A stretch of DNA of 63,235 bases, counting the filler, from Choristocarpus tenellus KU-1152 (taxonomy: Eukaryota; Protista; Phaeophyceae): the NCBI GenBank assembly GCA_964200185.2. It is 14 parts of 14 records of this genome, joined end to end, with 100 filler letters (N's around TTAATTAATTAA, not from the genome) between each part and the next. Parts side by side here need not be neighbours in the genome. Positions count along the whole stretch, not along the records: positions 19,809 to 31,755 come from CAXNAD020002054.1; positions 31,856 to 37,580 come from CAXNAD020009902.1; positions 37,681 to 42,318 come from CAXNAD020013685.1; 11 more parts are not named here. One strand, given 5' to 3'. Both the position numbers and the translations under genes were made by a program. The stretch's first letter is position 1, and each line of letters opens with the position of its first letter. The notes under the pieces are model-generated. The model made no database searches. It saw only the letters and a list, made by a program, of their open reading frames with translations, and had not been told where the DNA came from. This document shows positions 26,601 to 40,600 of the stretch, in pieces.

Positions 26601-27359
26601 AGAGGAATTTGAGAGGCAAGCGGCGGCTGACTCTAGACACCTTTTGTGTGTGTGTGGTGTTGTCCTTTTGTAGCAGTGCATTTTGCATGGAGTGCTGGAA
26701 GTTTGGGAGTGCCCCAAAGTATTCATCCAATAAATAAAATAAAAAATCCCTTTCGATTTCAGAGGAACCTGAAGTATGCATGTTATGCTGCTAACGGCGA
26801 TAGGGGACAGGGCATTACAGTAAATAATGGGGACATGAGCTCGGAGATTCAATATATCAACCTCATTTTCTTGACTATGTCGGAAAGCTCAGTGCATTGA
26901 TCAACATGTCACTACCACTTTAGTGTCTTCTTATTCCCAAATGGATAGGGGGAAAGTAGTTATCAGTCTGAAGAGCCACTGCTGTGTCATGCCACCTGGA
27001 TTCTCAAGAGTGCCTTTCTAGTTCCCCTTGTTATACCAGGCAAGCTTTTCGAGGGAGGGAGAGTTGCTCCATTTTTTTTTTCTAATTTTTTTTTCTGAAT
27101 TTTGAGCAATTTTTTCTCGCATAAAAAGGAGCATCACTCTATCTCTCTCGCTCCCCCTCATTAGACGTCCTTTACCAACTCATTTTTTGGCCTCCTCTCC
27201 TTAGTTATAGGATTTCATATATGAACAACCCAATAAGCATACTGTTGCTGTTGCTGCTGCTGCTGCCCCTGCCTGAAAAAAATGCTATAATATTCCAGAA
27301 GGCGTGCTCTAGCTGAGGTGCTTTATGATGGAGTTAGATTGGCTCCAGGCAGATGCTGA
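23688..27359 (+). CDS. VPS9-domain Rab5-family guanine nucleotide exchange factor, apparently complete
   Basis: Phase-compatible exons 23688-23915, 24074-24459, 24724-24828, 24973-25135, 25601-25902 (AADEFLPVFIYVVLKSN), 26520-26615 (PGYCFVNLRSAVEFL) and 27299-27359 (stop). ADxxLP and GYxxxxLxSA are VPS9 signatures. The last exon is less certain. Confidence 0.88.
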
Positions 27360-27849
27360 TCTCAGAGAATCAAACTTGGCGACATAACTTTTAGATTTTG
27401 TGCTTTTTGTGTGTAATTTTTTGTGTTCTGTCCTTCTCCCCCTCCCCACTGATAAAATCAACAAAATACATGTGGGCATGTATAGAAATAATAGTTGTGA
27501 TATAGTGTACGCAAGACTTTCTTTTTGTTCTCAAGATTCATTCATGTTATCATGTCGCAATCAACATGTTCATGTTGTATGTGTGTGTGTGTATGTGTGT
27601 AGAAATTTTTTTCTGCTATTGTTGAAATGACTGCGTTGGTAATGAAGGAACCTATCATAGCCCCCAGCGGGAACCACGTCCTACTGCACACCCACATGGT
27701 CATCATTGCGATTGTCACCACTTCATAGTGTTCCCGGTATTTTTTTATTTTGTGTATGAGTTTCAGTAGAGGTTTGAGTGGTATTCACGTGTGAGTTCAA
27801 TTTAATTTTTTTGCAGCTTTTCCAAGGTGAATCATGCAACCCAAACAGG

Positions 27850-28480
27850 CAAAGAAATTTCAATCAGAAAGGGTGCCAAAGGAAGAGCAGGATACCAATT
27901 GCAGGACCATGATGGCACAGAGAGGAGACTATTGACATGAAGGAGTCCTCGAGCATGGGGGGCTGCAAATATTTCCAACAGGAACTGACTAGCATGGATT
28001 GTTTCAGATGTCGTGTACGAGAGACTTGAGTCAGTATGGATGTGATAACATCCCACGTGAACACCAATGGTGTGCACCTGGCTGAACAATATGACAAATA
28101 TATTTCATTCATAGGACAGACTATGGTATATTGCACTTTAGAGTGTTTTGTAATACATTGCAAGTGCAGTGTGGTCTTCTCAACCACCAGGATCAGAGGT
28201 ACCACAAAGAAGGGCAAACGATGAAATGTATGCAAATGAATTTGTGAAAAAAAACATAAAGCTGTATCCACGTGTATATATGTATCCCAGGAGACCTCAG
28301 CATCAGCACCGAAGTCTAAATCCCAGAGAAGACAGGTGCAAGGTCCACCAGGGTCTCCAGTCGCTGGAAAACAGATCAGAAGTAAAACAACGAGTGACAA
28401 AATAAGATAAACAATCACACCCATGCGCTATGGCAGACACTGGTACCATGATATCGAAGAGGTTTGATAGATGGTGGCAA
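27850..28480 (+). mobile_element. Degenerate LTR-retrotransposon integrase-like remnant
   Basis: VSMDVITSH..NG resembles the Gypsy ISMDFITGLP motif; many stops. Confidence 0.3.
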
Positions 28481-29034
28481 GTCATGTGATATGCTAGTCA
28501 TCGATGAAGCTCTGACCCACTGAATGACAAAGTGCATCCTGGCTTTAACCATTGGTAGTATGGTCGTGTTGACTGCAGCCTTCTCACCCATCTTTCCACA
28601 ATCAACAAACTCTTACATCCCTCCATACAACAGCAATCGGAGGGATAATATTACACATTTGTTAGTAGACGGATGGAAATATTTATTTTATTAGAAGTCG
28701 CAACCTTTTTTTTTGCGTTTATGCCTCTAATGTGGAAAGCATGTTTGTCTGTTGCTATGTTGTTATTGCCGTATACCATATACCGTTACACCGTTTGAGG
28801 TTTCCTTGTCAGGAATCCCCGATTCCAGTGGAGGGTCTTAAGAATATTTGAGGTGTGCACATCTCTTTCACCAGAGTTGCCACACATCAAAGATTGTCTT
28901 TGTTGTCACATCTTGACTTTTGTGATAATCCCCCTCTCGTAAGATTCTCATATTTCCATAGTTTTTCTACATTTCCTTGCGGTCTTGCACTTGTCCAACC
29001 TTAACTTCATCCTCTCGGTTACGGTTTCGTCTTG

Positions 29035-29120
29035 GTCTGTCCGGTCCGTCTTGTCCGGTGATTCTCTTCGCACCCTTGCCTGAGTGAACCACGCCGCCAC
29101 AGAATCACACGATTCATACT
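29035..29120 (+). repeat. Dispersed ~70-nt hairpin-forming repeat, copy 2
   Basis: CCGGTGATTCTCTTCGCACCCTTGCCTGAGTGAACCACGCCGCCACAGAATCACACGATTCA, shared with 16587. Confidence 0.85.
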
Positions 29121-32100
29121 AACCATACAATGAACATTACTGCGAAGTATATTAATTGCACCTCTATTCCACCACCTTGTTTGAGTTTCTGTGGGAATAT
29201 TGTACGTTTTCACGCGACTACATACGAGTGAATAGGTCCACCAAGATGCGGAATAAGGAAATGACAAGGTGCAACTTTCGAAAAATATATACACTGGATC
29301 ATTTCGAATTACTTCAGGGTACCAATTGCAGCTTCAATGTTTTCAGTCTTTACTTCAGTAACATCTTATTCACTGGGCTGGAGGATGTTTGTTGGTCGGT
29401 CATATAGACACAAGCAAGTTGATACCTGGATCAAAAAGGCACGGAGGATTTCTGTTAAGTTACGGAGTATAGTGTAACGTCAGTTGGCTGGTGATAGGAA
29501 TGATAAATTGTCGTGGCATGGATGTAACGGTCACTCTAGCAGTGTACAGTCGTGTGAAACACAATGTACACGAGGGCGTGAGGTACTTGTCGCACAAGCA
29601 ATCTTGTAACCTCTGAGAGTATATGAAGCATCATCTCAGTCAAAAGAATAGGGGATTGAGATTTTTTAAGAATTCGCTAGTTGCGCACATGTTTGCTCCC
29701 TGTACGTTTGTTTTGTGTGAATAGGTTTGTGGATGTGCAGGTGCTGAGAATCTTCGTATCTGTTGTAGCGGGACCTCAAGCCATTAGAGGTGGTAATGCT
29801 TATGAAGGATTTGTCTTTTGAACCGTCCTACCTTTAGGGAGGGTCTATTTAGGTCCTTTTGAGCACTTGATATTTCTGAAATTTTCTGTTTAAGACCCCA
29901 TCTCCCAGTAATAAAACGCAGCTATGATAATCCCCCTGAGGAGACTGCGGTTGTAGAAGAAGATACGAACGTTCGTCCACATAAGCATGAAGTCGCCCCC
30001 CACAGTTCTAGTGCCATATTTCAAAAGGCAGGGGTCCCGAATAGTCAACGGCACCCCTATCTAAAATAGGATTACCCTTTGAATCCTCTACTGGTAGTTA
30101 CACATATGGTTGGTTGTGTTTTGTCCGTTTGTGACTTGGCTTCCCACGGGTTTGTTAAGGACATTTCACATTCTCCAAAATGTCTCGGAGTAGGTAAAAT
30201 GTATACGTTATGTAAAGGTATGTCCGGAACAAGGATTTGAAACCTCCTATCGAATATATTAGCCAAAATTACTTCAAAATCACAAAATTGGATTTGGCCT
30301 CAAGCGGACGCGGCTCTACCCTCTAAGATACTTTGACTCAAAAAGATACTTTGACTCAAAGGAAGGTGCGTCTAGATGAAAGAAATTGTCCTTGCATCTG
30401 ACAAGTTCACTCAGATTATATGAAAATCATTACAAAGTCACAAAGGCCCCGAATGGACGCCTGAACCCCCTACTAGGATATTGTCAGCAGAGACGAAAGT
30501 TCCAAACTTTTCGAGTAAACGCTCTGGGGCAGAAAATAGAGTTCCACTTTCTTCCTCAAAGGAAAAAGTAATAAGATGAATCCACCAGGTTCCTTGGAGA
30601 AAAACGTAAATTCTTCACCGCTTCCAATAGTACTATTAGAGATACATTTATAGACAAATGTTGACTGAATACCTAAGGGAACTCGACCTGAATTTCAGTG
30701 TACTAAATTTATCAACCCATCTCTCTCTGATACGTTTCTGGGCAAGACAGCGATGCCCTTTCATACACCTTGTACTTGATACGAGGTTGCTGATACCATG
30801 CTACTTTTGAGTGCGTTCTTCTACAGCTTCATTCTACCATATTGTCAAGGGAATATTTCCTTCCCAAAATGTCGCATGTACTGCTTTCTTATTATTATTT
30901 AGCCCCATCCAACAGAAGACGACAGCCTTAGCGAGGGCAATTCGCCTCTCGTAAAGAGGCCGAAGTCGTCTTCTTTGTCACCCCAATTGCGTGGGAAAGA
31001 GAACAGAAGATGGTGCACTTCCCTCCGTCAAGTGGAAGGGTAAATGTGTTAAGAGATTGCCCTCAGATCTTAAGACCATTATTTTCCGCTTGCCGCTTAA
31101 GAAATTATATATAATCAGTGATGGATACCATTTGTAGTAAGCTGGATTTGACAGTTCCTTCCTCCTGTAACCTCCCGCCCCTCTCCCCCCTACTGCATGT
31201 GTAGCCCAACACCTCTAGAAACCTTTCTACTTATTTGCCAAGTCGCCCAAAACTTTCCACCACGAAGGTGTTAATGTTAAAACTATGAGGGTAAAAAGAA
31301 TCCTCATAGTGGGTGCACTTTCACAGCTCAGCTGAAGCAGCTGCTACATCATCAGGTAGAATTCATGGTACCGTTCAGGGCAAATACGTAGCGTTATACT
31401 GCCTCACCACTCTCCAATTTCTTACTATATACACTTATGTTAGTTGTGCCCTCTGACAAGTCTAAGGTGGGGGGGACCAAGACCAAAACCATGTGACAAG
31501 GACTGCAAATAATATTACTGTTGTATATACAACAATTACGTAGTCAGCACTAAGACGCCAAGTACTTCCCTAGAATATGTACTGTTTGAAAAACAAGACC
31601 CAAGCGGTGTTTTGATTATATAAGCGGGAGGATATAGCAGAAAAGGAGCAATTACATCCCGGCTACGCCAAACTGTCTCGGTGACTACACAAGTGGCACT
31701 GTCTAGACGTGTCATGCATTTTAAGCTAGAATCACCAGGGAGATGGGCACGGAGGNNNNNNNNNNNNNNNNNNNNNNNNNNNNNNNNNNNNNNNNNNNNT
31801 TAATTAATTAANNNNNNNNNNNNNNNNNNNNNNNNNNNNNNNNNNNNNNNNNNNNGCAAAACAACCATCCTCATAGTCCCGCTCCATCCTCAATTTTTGC
31901 GAATCCCCTGTTTCAGTGGTAGCCTCTTCTTCTACTTGGCAAGATAGCAATAATTAATAAGCAAATTAATAATGTGGTTAAATAACATTTATCATTCAGT
32001 CAACCATCCATAGTGACAACGAAACGCCTCCCGGAAAAAACTACATCGAACTACTATTATTTTCTACCACCTCCACCATCAACAGTCAAACGACTCCACC

Positions 32101-35022
32101 AACTGCACTAATTATTTAAGTAAGCAAGCCAACGCAGGGCATACACATACACGACGATCAAACGAAATCATTACCGCCCCCCACACACTGTCCTACTACC
32201 ACCTTCGGGATGGATTCCCATTTGTAGCGGCAGGGCCCTTCAAAAGTGCCACAACTTTCACAAAAAAAACATACGGGCACTTTCCGCGTACAATTCCGGT
32301 TCTCGCTCATCCTCCATAAAATGCTCCATCCTCAATTTTGGTGATCAGCTGTTAGTACCTACCACCGTCCCAACTCTCAATTTTCCAGAGGCAAGAGAAA
32401 TCTCCTCTCCGAACTCATTTTGGACCACCACTTTCTCCAGGCTATCTAACCCCTTATTAATCATCGTCCATCCTCTGTCTCCACTCTTCAGCACCAACGC
32501 CCTCTATTTTGGGAGAGCCACTAGTTTACACATGAGAAACATGAAACGGGGTGTATTAAATACGACCAGAAAAATGGAATGCAGTGCAAAACAGAAAAAC
32601 TTCCATATTTTAACCCCTCAACAAGTTTTACTCCTCCTTTGACCAGATTCCTTACCAGGGAGGAGTCTCAGTAGCAACAGTCGACAACGCCAGTTTTGAT
32701 CTACACCTTCACAAGCTTTAATTTAATCCCCAACAAATGTTAAAATCATTGAATCAACGCTCTTTGCTTCAAGAATACCTGCTCTACATGTCGAATTAGT
32801 AAATAGGTGTTTGTGCTGCATTCGCAGACCACAATGAACTCGCTTAAAAATATCCCGTGTGAATTATGTGTCAAAATTTAACAAAAGTTATGAACCCAGA
32901 TTCCACAAATGGATTGACGTGACGTTATTGGGTCACGTATGTAAAAATTTCGTCTTTCCTATCACTTGCTTGGTGCAGTTACAATATTGTCCTACGAAAA
33001 CTGTTCTACCTAATTGGTATTTGTACTCAATACTACCCTAATTCTACGACGCATTTACTCTGTTCCTCCTGCAAAAAAATGTGCAGAGGAGTAACCTGCA
33101 TGACAAAATCAAAGGGGAAGCACACAAAATTTTGTTCAGTTTCCTCAGTAGAGGGCAAACCAGTAAAATACCAATCCACGACAACTATCGCCAGTAGTCA
33201 TTCTCACGAGATTAGCAGTCTCAACACTTGCTATTGCAGGGGAACGGCTGATAATAAAGAAGGCCCACTACAATCAAAACATAAACACAAAAATCAGGTC
33301 TCTTGTGTTCCTTGTACTCGAAACTCCTTACCAAATAACTGCACCACGGGAAGGGAGGGACTGAAAACATAAACCTCTATCCACAAGGTGTGAAGTAAGA
33401 TAGGGCATGGTAAAAAAGAGCTGACTACCCCAGACAAGTAATACAAAGGCAACTAACTTGTTCTTCAGCTGAAACAAAAAAGAGGAAAACGAAATGTTTG
33501 CACCAGCAACTTTATACCCCACAGCACATCAAGAGGTGCGGTCAGCACCAGCTGCTAGGGTTCGGGAGATCACCTACAGTCAACAACATTCACAAAATGC
33601 TAGTGGGTTTCTGATGTGTTTCTCTTCAAACATCACACAATATAAATGCACCAAAAAATAAACGGGTCCTTTTAATCATCTGGTCCATGCAGTGCTATTT
33701 CCAATGCCCTCCACAACAATGTAAGACTTGTCCCCCTAAGTCCGAGATTCATTTAGACATCACCCTGACACTCGTATCACCTCCATTGGAGCTTATACTT
33801 TAGAACACACCAGGAGATCCATCAATGAAATATCCCAAGGCCTGGAAATAGCAGCAGGAGTTGGTGCATGGGGCAAGAAGGATACCAAACACACGAGTGC
33901 GTATGATGTAAAAGTTAACTCGTCAAAAAGTACACACAATACCTTAAATAATGGTCTTCAGTTCTGCAACACATTGCTGTGCATTCAACATGTACTTCTC
34001 AAAAATCCAACCCCCCTCCCCCACCTGTGCCATCAATGCACGAAAAATACTTACCAGCAGAAGGAGGAGCTTGTTTTTGCCCTTGCAATCTCGTCCGTCC
34101 TAACAAGACAGAATCCTGCATCTCTTTGTTGTATGCAGAATGATAATACCCTCCTACAGATGTTTCTGGATATTTCATTCTTCTAATGTAGCAACTACCT
34201 TGGACCATTAGGATCGACCCTGGATACCAAAACCACACAGCAATTATCTAAGACAACGGTAGCGCTGCTCAAACCACCAACTACGTACTCCAAAATGTTT
34301 CTACCCCAATACTGTACATTCAATCAATCGGAAATGCAACCAATCCTGGCACGCAGTGTCACACAACCTCCTGAGTATCCGGTTAGGTCCAATTTTAGGA
34401 CTCACATTCATACACCTATTTGATCAGAACAGTAGAACTTCCAACTACTCCATACATGTACTCTACAGTCAAAATAGTTTTCAGACCATGATTCAATTCT
34501 TCCCTATTGCTCTTGTTGAGTTTTGTTCGTACCGTCATCACTCTCATTCCCCAATAGAATCAAGTCCACCAAGTAGGAATTTCTTTCCAAAACCTGACAC
34601 CCGCATCAATCACACGCCCTCCTTCACACTACCAACAATATAGAGGTTCCCTCTCAATGATCCCTCCAAGCGGGGCCTGCGCCTTTTAGACAACAATGAT
34701 AGTACTGGCGACTGTCTCTGCTCTATATCCCCGATGGGACTTGTCCTCCTCGTTTCTCCTCCTCCTGCTTCAACTTATTTCTGGTCCTTGGCATATATAC
34801 CACAACCACATTTCTATCCTTCACTCACTTCATCATTCAACATACATTACAAACTTGTCATTTGAATCGTAGAAAACATGCATCTCCATTCTTTTTGCAA
34901 CCTTCAGACAACAGGTGACTTTACATCAGACTATACACACACATACACACACAAAAATGTGTATGTGACAAATTTACTAAGTAAAATCTTTACATCACCA
35001 GTAGAATCATCCCCATACATAC

Positions 35023-37250
35023 CTCGCAGTGGGGCCACCTAAAGCTGTCGTACATGTATGGCAGCCCCTCCTTCCCTGGATGCAGCAACTCATACAAATC
35101 AGCATTAGTGTAGTACTTCTTCGGATGATCAACCTTCTTTTTACCAGCAGAGACTTCGTTTACAGCAAGCGTCGCATCCCCCTCATCTTCCCCACTCAAA
35201 GAGTGGTTGATGACTGAATTGGGGAAAAGGTTGTGACTGAAGGGCTGGAACTGATCGGGGTCTTGCCCGTAGCAAGTTCCCATGTTGTCCCAGGCCTCAC
35301 TGTATCCCCCCGGTGTGAGGCGTTTTAGGTGCCACAGCCTTACAAAAAAAAAAAATAGGTGAGGAGAGGTGGGAAGGGATGGAGGTCAGTAGGAGTATAT
35401 AGTCGCATGAACAATCACTAACAAACTAACAAAAAAAATACACTGCATCTCGGTGCGTGTTTTTGGTGTATTGGACTTTTGTCACTCTACATCTAGTGTT
35501 TCTGTGTGCTGTTTTACTTGTAATATTAACCGTTTCGATGTCATTGTACATATTACAAGCAAAGCTTTTGGATATGTTTTTTGTCAGGGGTTGGGTTGAG
35601 CTTGATCCACCATCCTCTAGGAAGAGACAGGGGTGGGTGGGGAAGGTACAGGGGGGGTTAGTGAGTGTTCAGCATTGGCTTGCACATCACGTAGCTACTC
35701 ACGACCGCAGCAGAAGTACAAACCTTCAAAACTCTCAGGACAAACGTACTTCTTGTAGGTCCCTTAACATATGCTCTGAAGTTGGAAGTGATAGGGTTAG
35801 GGTACTGCTGCAGTAGAATGCACAAGAAGAACAGATACACACCAGCTACCAAATTATACTTCATTACATGTTTGTACTGGTGTATTGCAGGGTATACATC
35901 AAGCATAACACGTGTGCAGTTCCACAAGAACATAAATAGGGTTCTGGTAAGCAATCTCTGGCATGGCATGGCCCATCCAAAGATGTATTGGGTATACCTT
36001 AGATTGTCGGCAACGAAAAGGTATACGTTCTTATTGAACCCTACACGCTTAACCAGCAACCACCTCCTTGAGAAAATCCTCTCTTCACCACATAGTAAAG
36101 CTCTTTTCACATCACTGTTACCCAATAACTTGAGAAAATATCCCACGTACTGATAACTTACGCAAACCTCCCCGATACACTTGTCCCTGAACAATTACGT
36201 TCAATATCTTTACTAAAACCCCCACGGGACACCATCGGTACCAAAAATCTGCCAAACACTGCCCCCCCCAAAAAACCCATTAAAATACTTCAACCGATAA
36301 TGACCTGTCTACTGTAGGGTGAAGAACCCAGAAAGTGATGTCATCCGTGCTGGTGGCCTGGAACATGGTTCCAATGTGGCCAGGGGAACATAGCACACCT
36401 AGCAGAGAAGCGAAAAACTCCTTCGTCTCCTCTTCAGTCAGCCCAGGGAGTGGAGCAGGATCCTGCATACAGAATAATTAATTACACGATATATACACAA
36501 GAAGGAGTTTGAATCAGGACACCAATAGTTCGCCACTGTTAACTTTGTCTCTGATTGACACAGTTTACTCGGAGCCATTGAGAATGTGTACGATTGAAAC
36601 AGTTCTTCCCATTCCTCCTACTAGACTTTCTGACAGGAAGTGAACGAGACTAAATATATACAAACATAATAATATTAATAATAATAATATATATATATAT
36701 ACCATCGTGTTTGTTAGGAAGTGTTGACTTTCTTGTTTCGGATACACCTTTTCGTGACTTACCTTTTTCATGACATACAAATTTTACCTACTCTGAAACA
36801 TTTCGGATTATAGGTAAAACGTCATAATATTAATATTAATTATATATATATATATATATATATGTATCCCCCATGCATATACAGATGTGGACATTTGCAT
36901 CACAACAAAAACGTTTAGAGAGTGTCCGCATGAAGGGGAAGGGTGGCCTCTTCTACTACTACTCAAATCACATGAGAACACACAGACAGTACGTGGCGCA
37001 TACTGTAGTGTGCCCGAGCATCACAGGGGCAAAACCACACAACCCCCTAATCCCCACACCAACCTCACCAAAAGAAACAAAGATTGTCACAGCAGAGAGT
37101 CCTTAACCACATTTGTCGAAAATGCCTTTCTTAAATCTTGCTCACCTTCTCTTTAGTCGGCACGGCCCTTGCCCTTGAGCAAAGTTATGACAAACGCCAA
37201 CTCTCGAAAAAAAATAAACAGGGGGAAGGAGGTTAAAAAAGGAAAAAAAA

Positions 37251-37309
<59 letters not shown>

Positions 37310-37506
37310 AAGAGGACGGAAACAAAAACTCAAAAGAAAAATAAAAAATAAAAAGATCCTGGAAGATCTAACAGGACCATCGAGTCTACCAAAAGACTCG
37401 GGGGAAAACGCCTTTCACTCACCTCGTCATCATCGTATTGCTTGACCGTGTTCCCATCGGAGTTTGTCAGCGACACTTGTCCAAGAACGCCCGACGTTCT
37501 CAACAC
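35023..37506 (-). CDS. Tyrosinase/di-copper-centre-like protein, C-terminal exons (partial)
   Basis: Exons 37506-37423, 36462-36305 (GHIGTMFQATSTDDITFWVLHPTVDR) and 35338-35023 (LWHLKRL..CYG..YTNADLYELLHP..LPYMYDSFRWPHC). DxxFWxxHxxxDRLW matches the CuB end motif. Confidence 0.75.
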
Positions 37507-37694
37507 CTTGGGGAGGCATAGGCAAGTAAGTAACATAACATAACCGCCGAAGTCAGCGGGATGGCCCAGGGGAGGGGGGGNNNNNNNNNNNNNNNNNNNN
37601 NNNNNNNNNNNNNNNNNNNNNNNNTTAATTAATTAANNNNNNNNNNNNNNNNNNNNNNNNNNNNNNNNNNNNNNNNNNNNATAGAGACGGGACA

Positions 37695-40600
37695 ATGGCT
37701 GACGGAGTTAGCACTCGGAAACGGACGAGAGTTGCGAGTGGGGGTGGATCGGATGACTGGACGTCGAACAAACGTCGCAAGAAGAAGGACAGAGGGGGGG
37801 GGGCATCAGGGAGTGACAAGGCAGCTGCAGAGGTGCAGGTAATGACATAGATATATTCTGTTTAATGTTGTAGGTTGATGTGTACTTTTTTGGAGGGATC
37901 CTGGTGACCTGGTAAGAAGACACATGTTCCCACTTCCCTCTTTGTCGAACAGCGGACACCATGATCTGTGAAATCTGTGCATTCTCGATTCGTTCGTCTG
38001 TCTGTATACAGGATACAGTTGACAGACCAAGTGATGTTTGTGTGTGTGAGTGTGTTTGTATAGTGATGGGAAGAGTTTGGGCTCTTGAGCACGAGCGATT
38101 CATGTCAAAAAATGATAAAAACGGTGCAGAGGAGAAGGTAGGTAATGTCATATATTGACATGAATATGGACCTAGTCTTGTGATGACTCAGACCAGGTAG
38201 GGGGGTGTTACACGTTGTACCCTCCAGCCTCTCCCTTGCCCCTCAAGTCCACAGGCCTCTTATCTTCCTCACCGTTGCAATGTTTGACCCCATTTTTGTT
38301 ACGTGGTATATCCTTGTTTTTGACTTGGATGTACACATGGGGTTTGAAGGGACCAACGTCAACTTGGAGTTCTCTTCTTGAGGGGGGTGGGGAGTGCACC
38401 CCTCCTCCCAAAGCATACTCTGTTGGAGGATTTCTTCTCATCTTTTAGTTACTGTTAAGAGATGCACTTTGCTTTGTAACAGCGTATGCTGCAAACAGAC
38501 TAATGGGCAAGAGATGTTGAAGAGGGTAGGAAAGAGGAGGACCGAGAAGAGTAGAACAGTTAGTACTTAACTTTGATGTGAAACAGAGATGGAAAAATGG
38601 GGAGATGTAATGGGAGATGTGATGACGAGTGCTCAAGGATCCCTATCATAGTACATATATTAACGCGAATCTGAAGCTGCACCACTATTGTGAAATCATC
38701 ATTTTGCATGCTGTATGTAGAAATCCAATGCTTCTTTGCCAATTCTTGAAAATACAAACTTTTGAGGTAGCTGGTGAATATCTGGGGGGGGTGGTAGCTG
38801 TCCATTTGGGGTCAATTTTTTCATGTTGTGATTTTTGGGCGATTTGGTTGCATACGTCGGATGGATCATATAATGCACTTTTCCTGATTTTGACCCAAGT
38901 GGACACCCTGGTGTAGACCCCCCCCCTCCTCCCCCCCCTCCGGATACTTTGGGTCTGGTAATTCTTGCCTAAACAGACAGAGTAATATCACCAGACATCA
39001 CTTTTCGTTTTCTGCAAGTTGACCTTCTCATACTTCCATCCCTGCCCAACAACCCATCATTCCTTTTCTCGTTTTTGTCCCCCTCTGACTCCCCCCCTTA
39101 ACTTCATATGTCTCACTTTTGTGGGGTTGGTCATGGACTACCTACCTCCCATGCCCTTATATTTTTTTGTCATTGTTTTGGATACAGGGAGTGGTTATTT
39201 CCAAGGCACCGGAGGCGTGTGCCCCTCAACTTACTCTCTCCAAGGCATGGCAAGGACGGGAAGGGAGGGGTTGGGAACAGAAATTTTGCTTTAAGAATCC
39301 TTTTAGGAGGAGATAAGTCATTTTACTCTTTTGCGGTGAACAGATGTTATGCCACCCAGTATTTTTTCCATGAGGATGGGGAATGCCTTCCTTTGCGCCA
39401 TCTCTCCCTCCCCTCCCCTCACCTACTCTCTCCTAAAAAAAATCAAATTGTTGACAATGAGAAGGATAGGACCCAGCATGCGCTCACAGACAAACCTTGG
39501 CCTCCTGATAGTATACACTCACCTGCAGTATCAGTTATGCTTGTGCTATTAATATGCAGTGCATTGGAATACTCCAGGGTGTAGGCTGATGATGTTCGTC
39601 TGTGAAGCCTGGACTTGTTTGTTAGAATGAGAGGTGAACATTTTTATTTTTATTTCTACTGACATCCTCCTCTCATTAAGTACTGTGACTTTGGGACCTG
39701 CGCCAGAACGGTTCGGCTTCTGTTAATGTGCTTCGCTCCACCACATAGTGGTGGTACCAGTTCTCATTTTTTCCCCACACTGTGTCATTTTTTTCTGGGG
39801 GGTTTCTCCCACCATTTTGGCGTTATTTTTACCCAAACACCACACGGCATGCATGGGCACATGACATCGGATTTTGCCTAATGTTTCAGGACCAGCTGAC
39901 AGTTACAGGGGAGAACGGCTTTCGTATGGCTCGGGCCACACATGGCGTTTCCAACGGTGTCTGGTGAGCACCTGCTGCCTGTAGACTGCATCGAGCTATC
40001 CAGCTCCCCCTCCCCCAATCGCCATCCCCAAGGTCGTTTGTGCTGTAAAAGATATAATTGCGCGGACTGGAGGATGGGAATGGCATGCGGTTATTGCCAT
40101 TCCAGGCCTTCCTCTTCCTGAAAACGCTACTTGTGAAGTGTGTTGGTCATACTGCTCCGAAGTGTGTGGTAGGAAATATATGGTCGTTTTCACCTGAACT
40201 GTGTACGTGCGCTATGAGGTCCTCAACTGTTGTGGATGAAGGGGTGGATGTTTTGTAGGGTCTGTGTGTGTGTTTTTTTTTTTTTAAGTATTTGGATGAG
40301 AAACTAATATATGAGGCATGAAGTGTACTGCGATAGAAGTTGCAGAATGGGCAACGTGGGGATGCGTGCCTAGACAAGTTGATTGTCGAAAGCGAGTCTG
40401 ATGAAATGTGCAAAATGAGGTGTATATATATATATATCGCCCTTGCCTTTGCTTTATTTATTTCAACGGTAAAGCTGAATGTACTGACAGAGTAGGAGAA
40501 TTGAATTGGTTTGGCAGTAAAGAAGTTGTAGCAGGACCACAATTGAATCGGTTTGGCATGTTCCTGCAATCTCACGAGGCTGTGTGCATTTGTGGCCAAC

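Noticed and set aside
29056-29110. Hammerhead ribozyme or tRNA
   Set aside because: CTGAGTGA does not fit CUGANGA, no properly placed GAAA, and it is too short for a cloverleaf.
29400-34700. Possible further retroelement relics (also 300-1600, 16650-18600, 58500-61100)
   Set aside because: Only faint motif-like fragments; cannot be classified without an HMM search.
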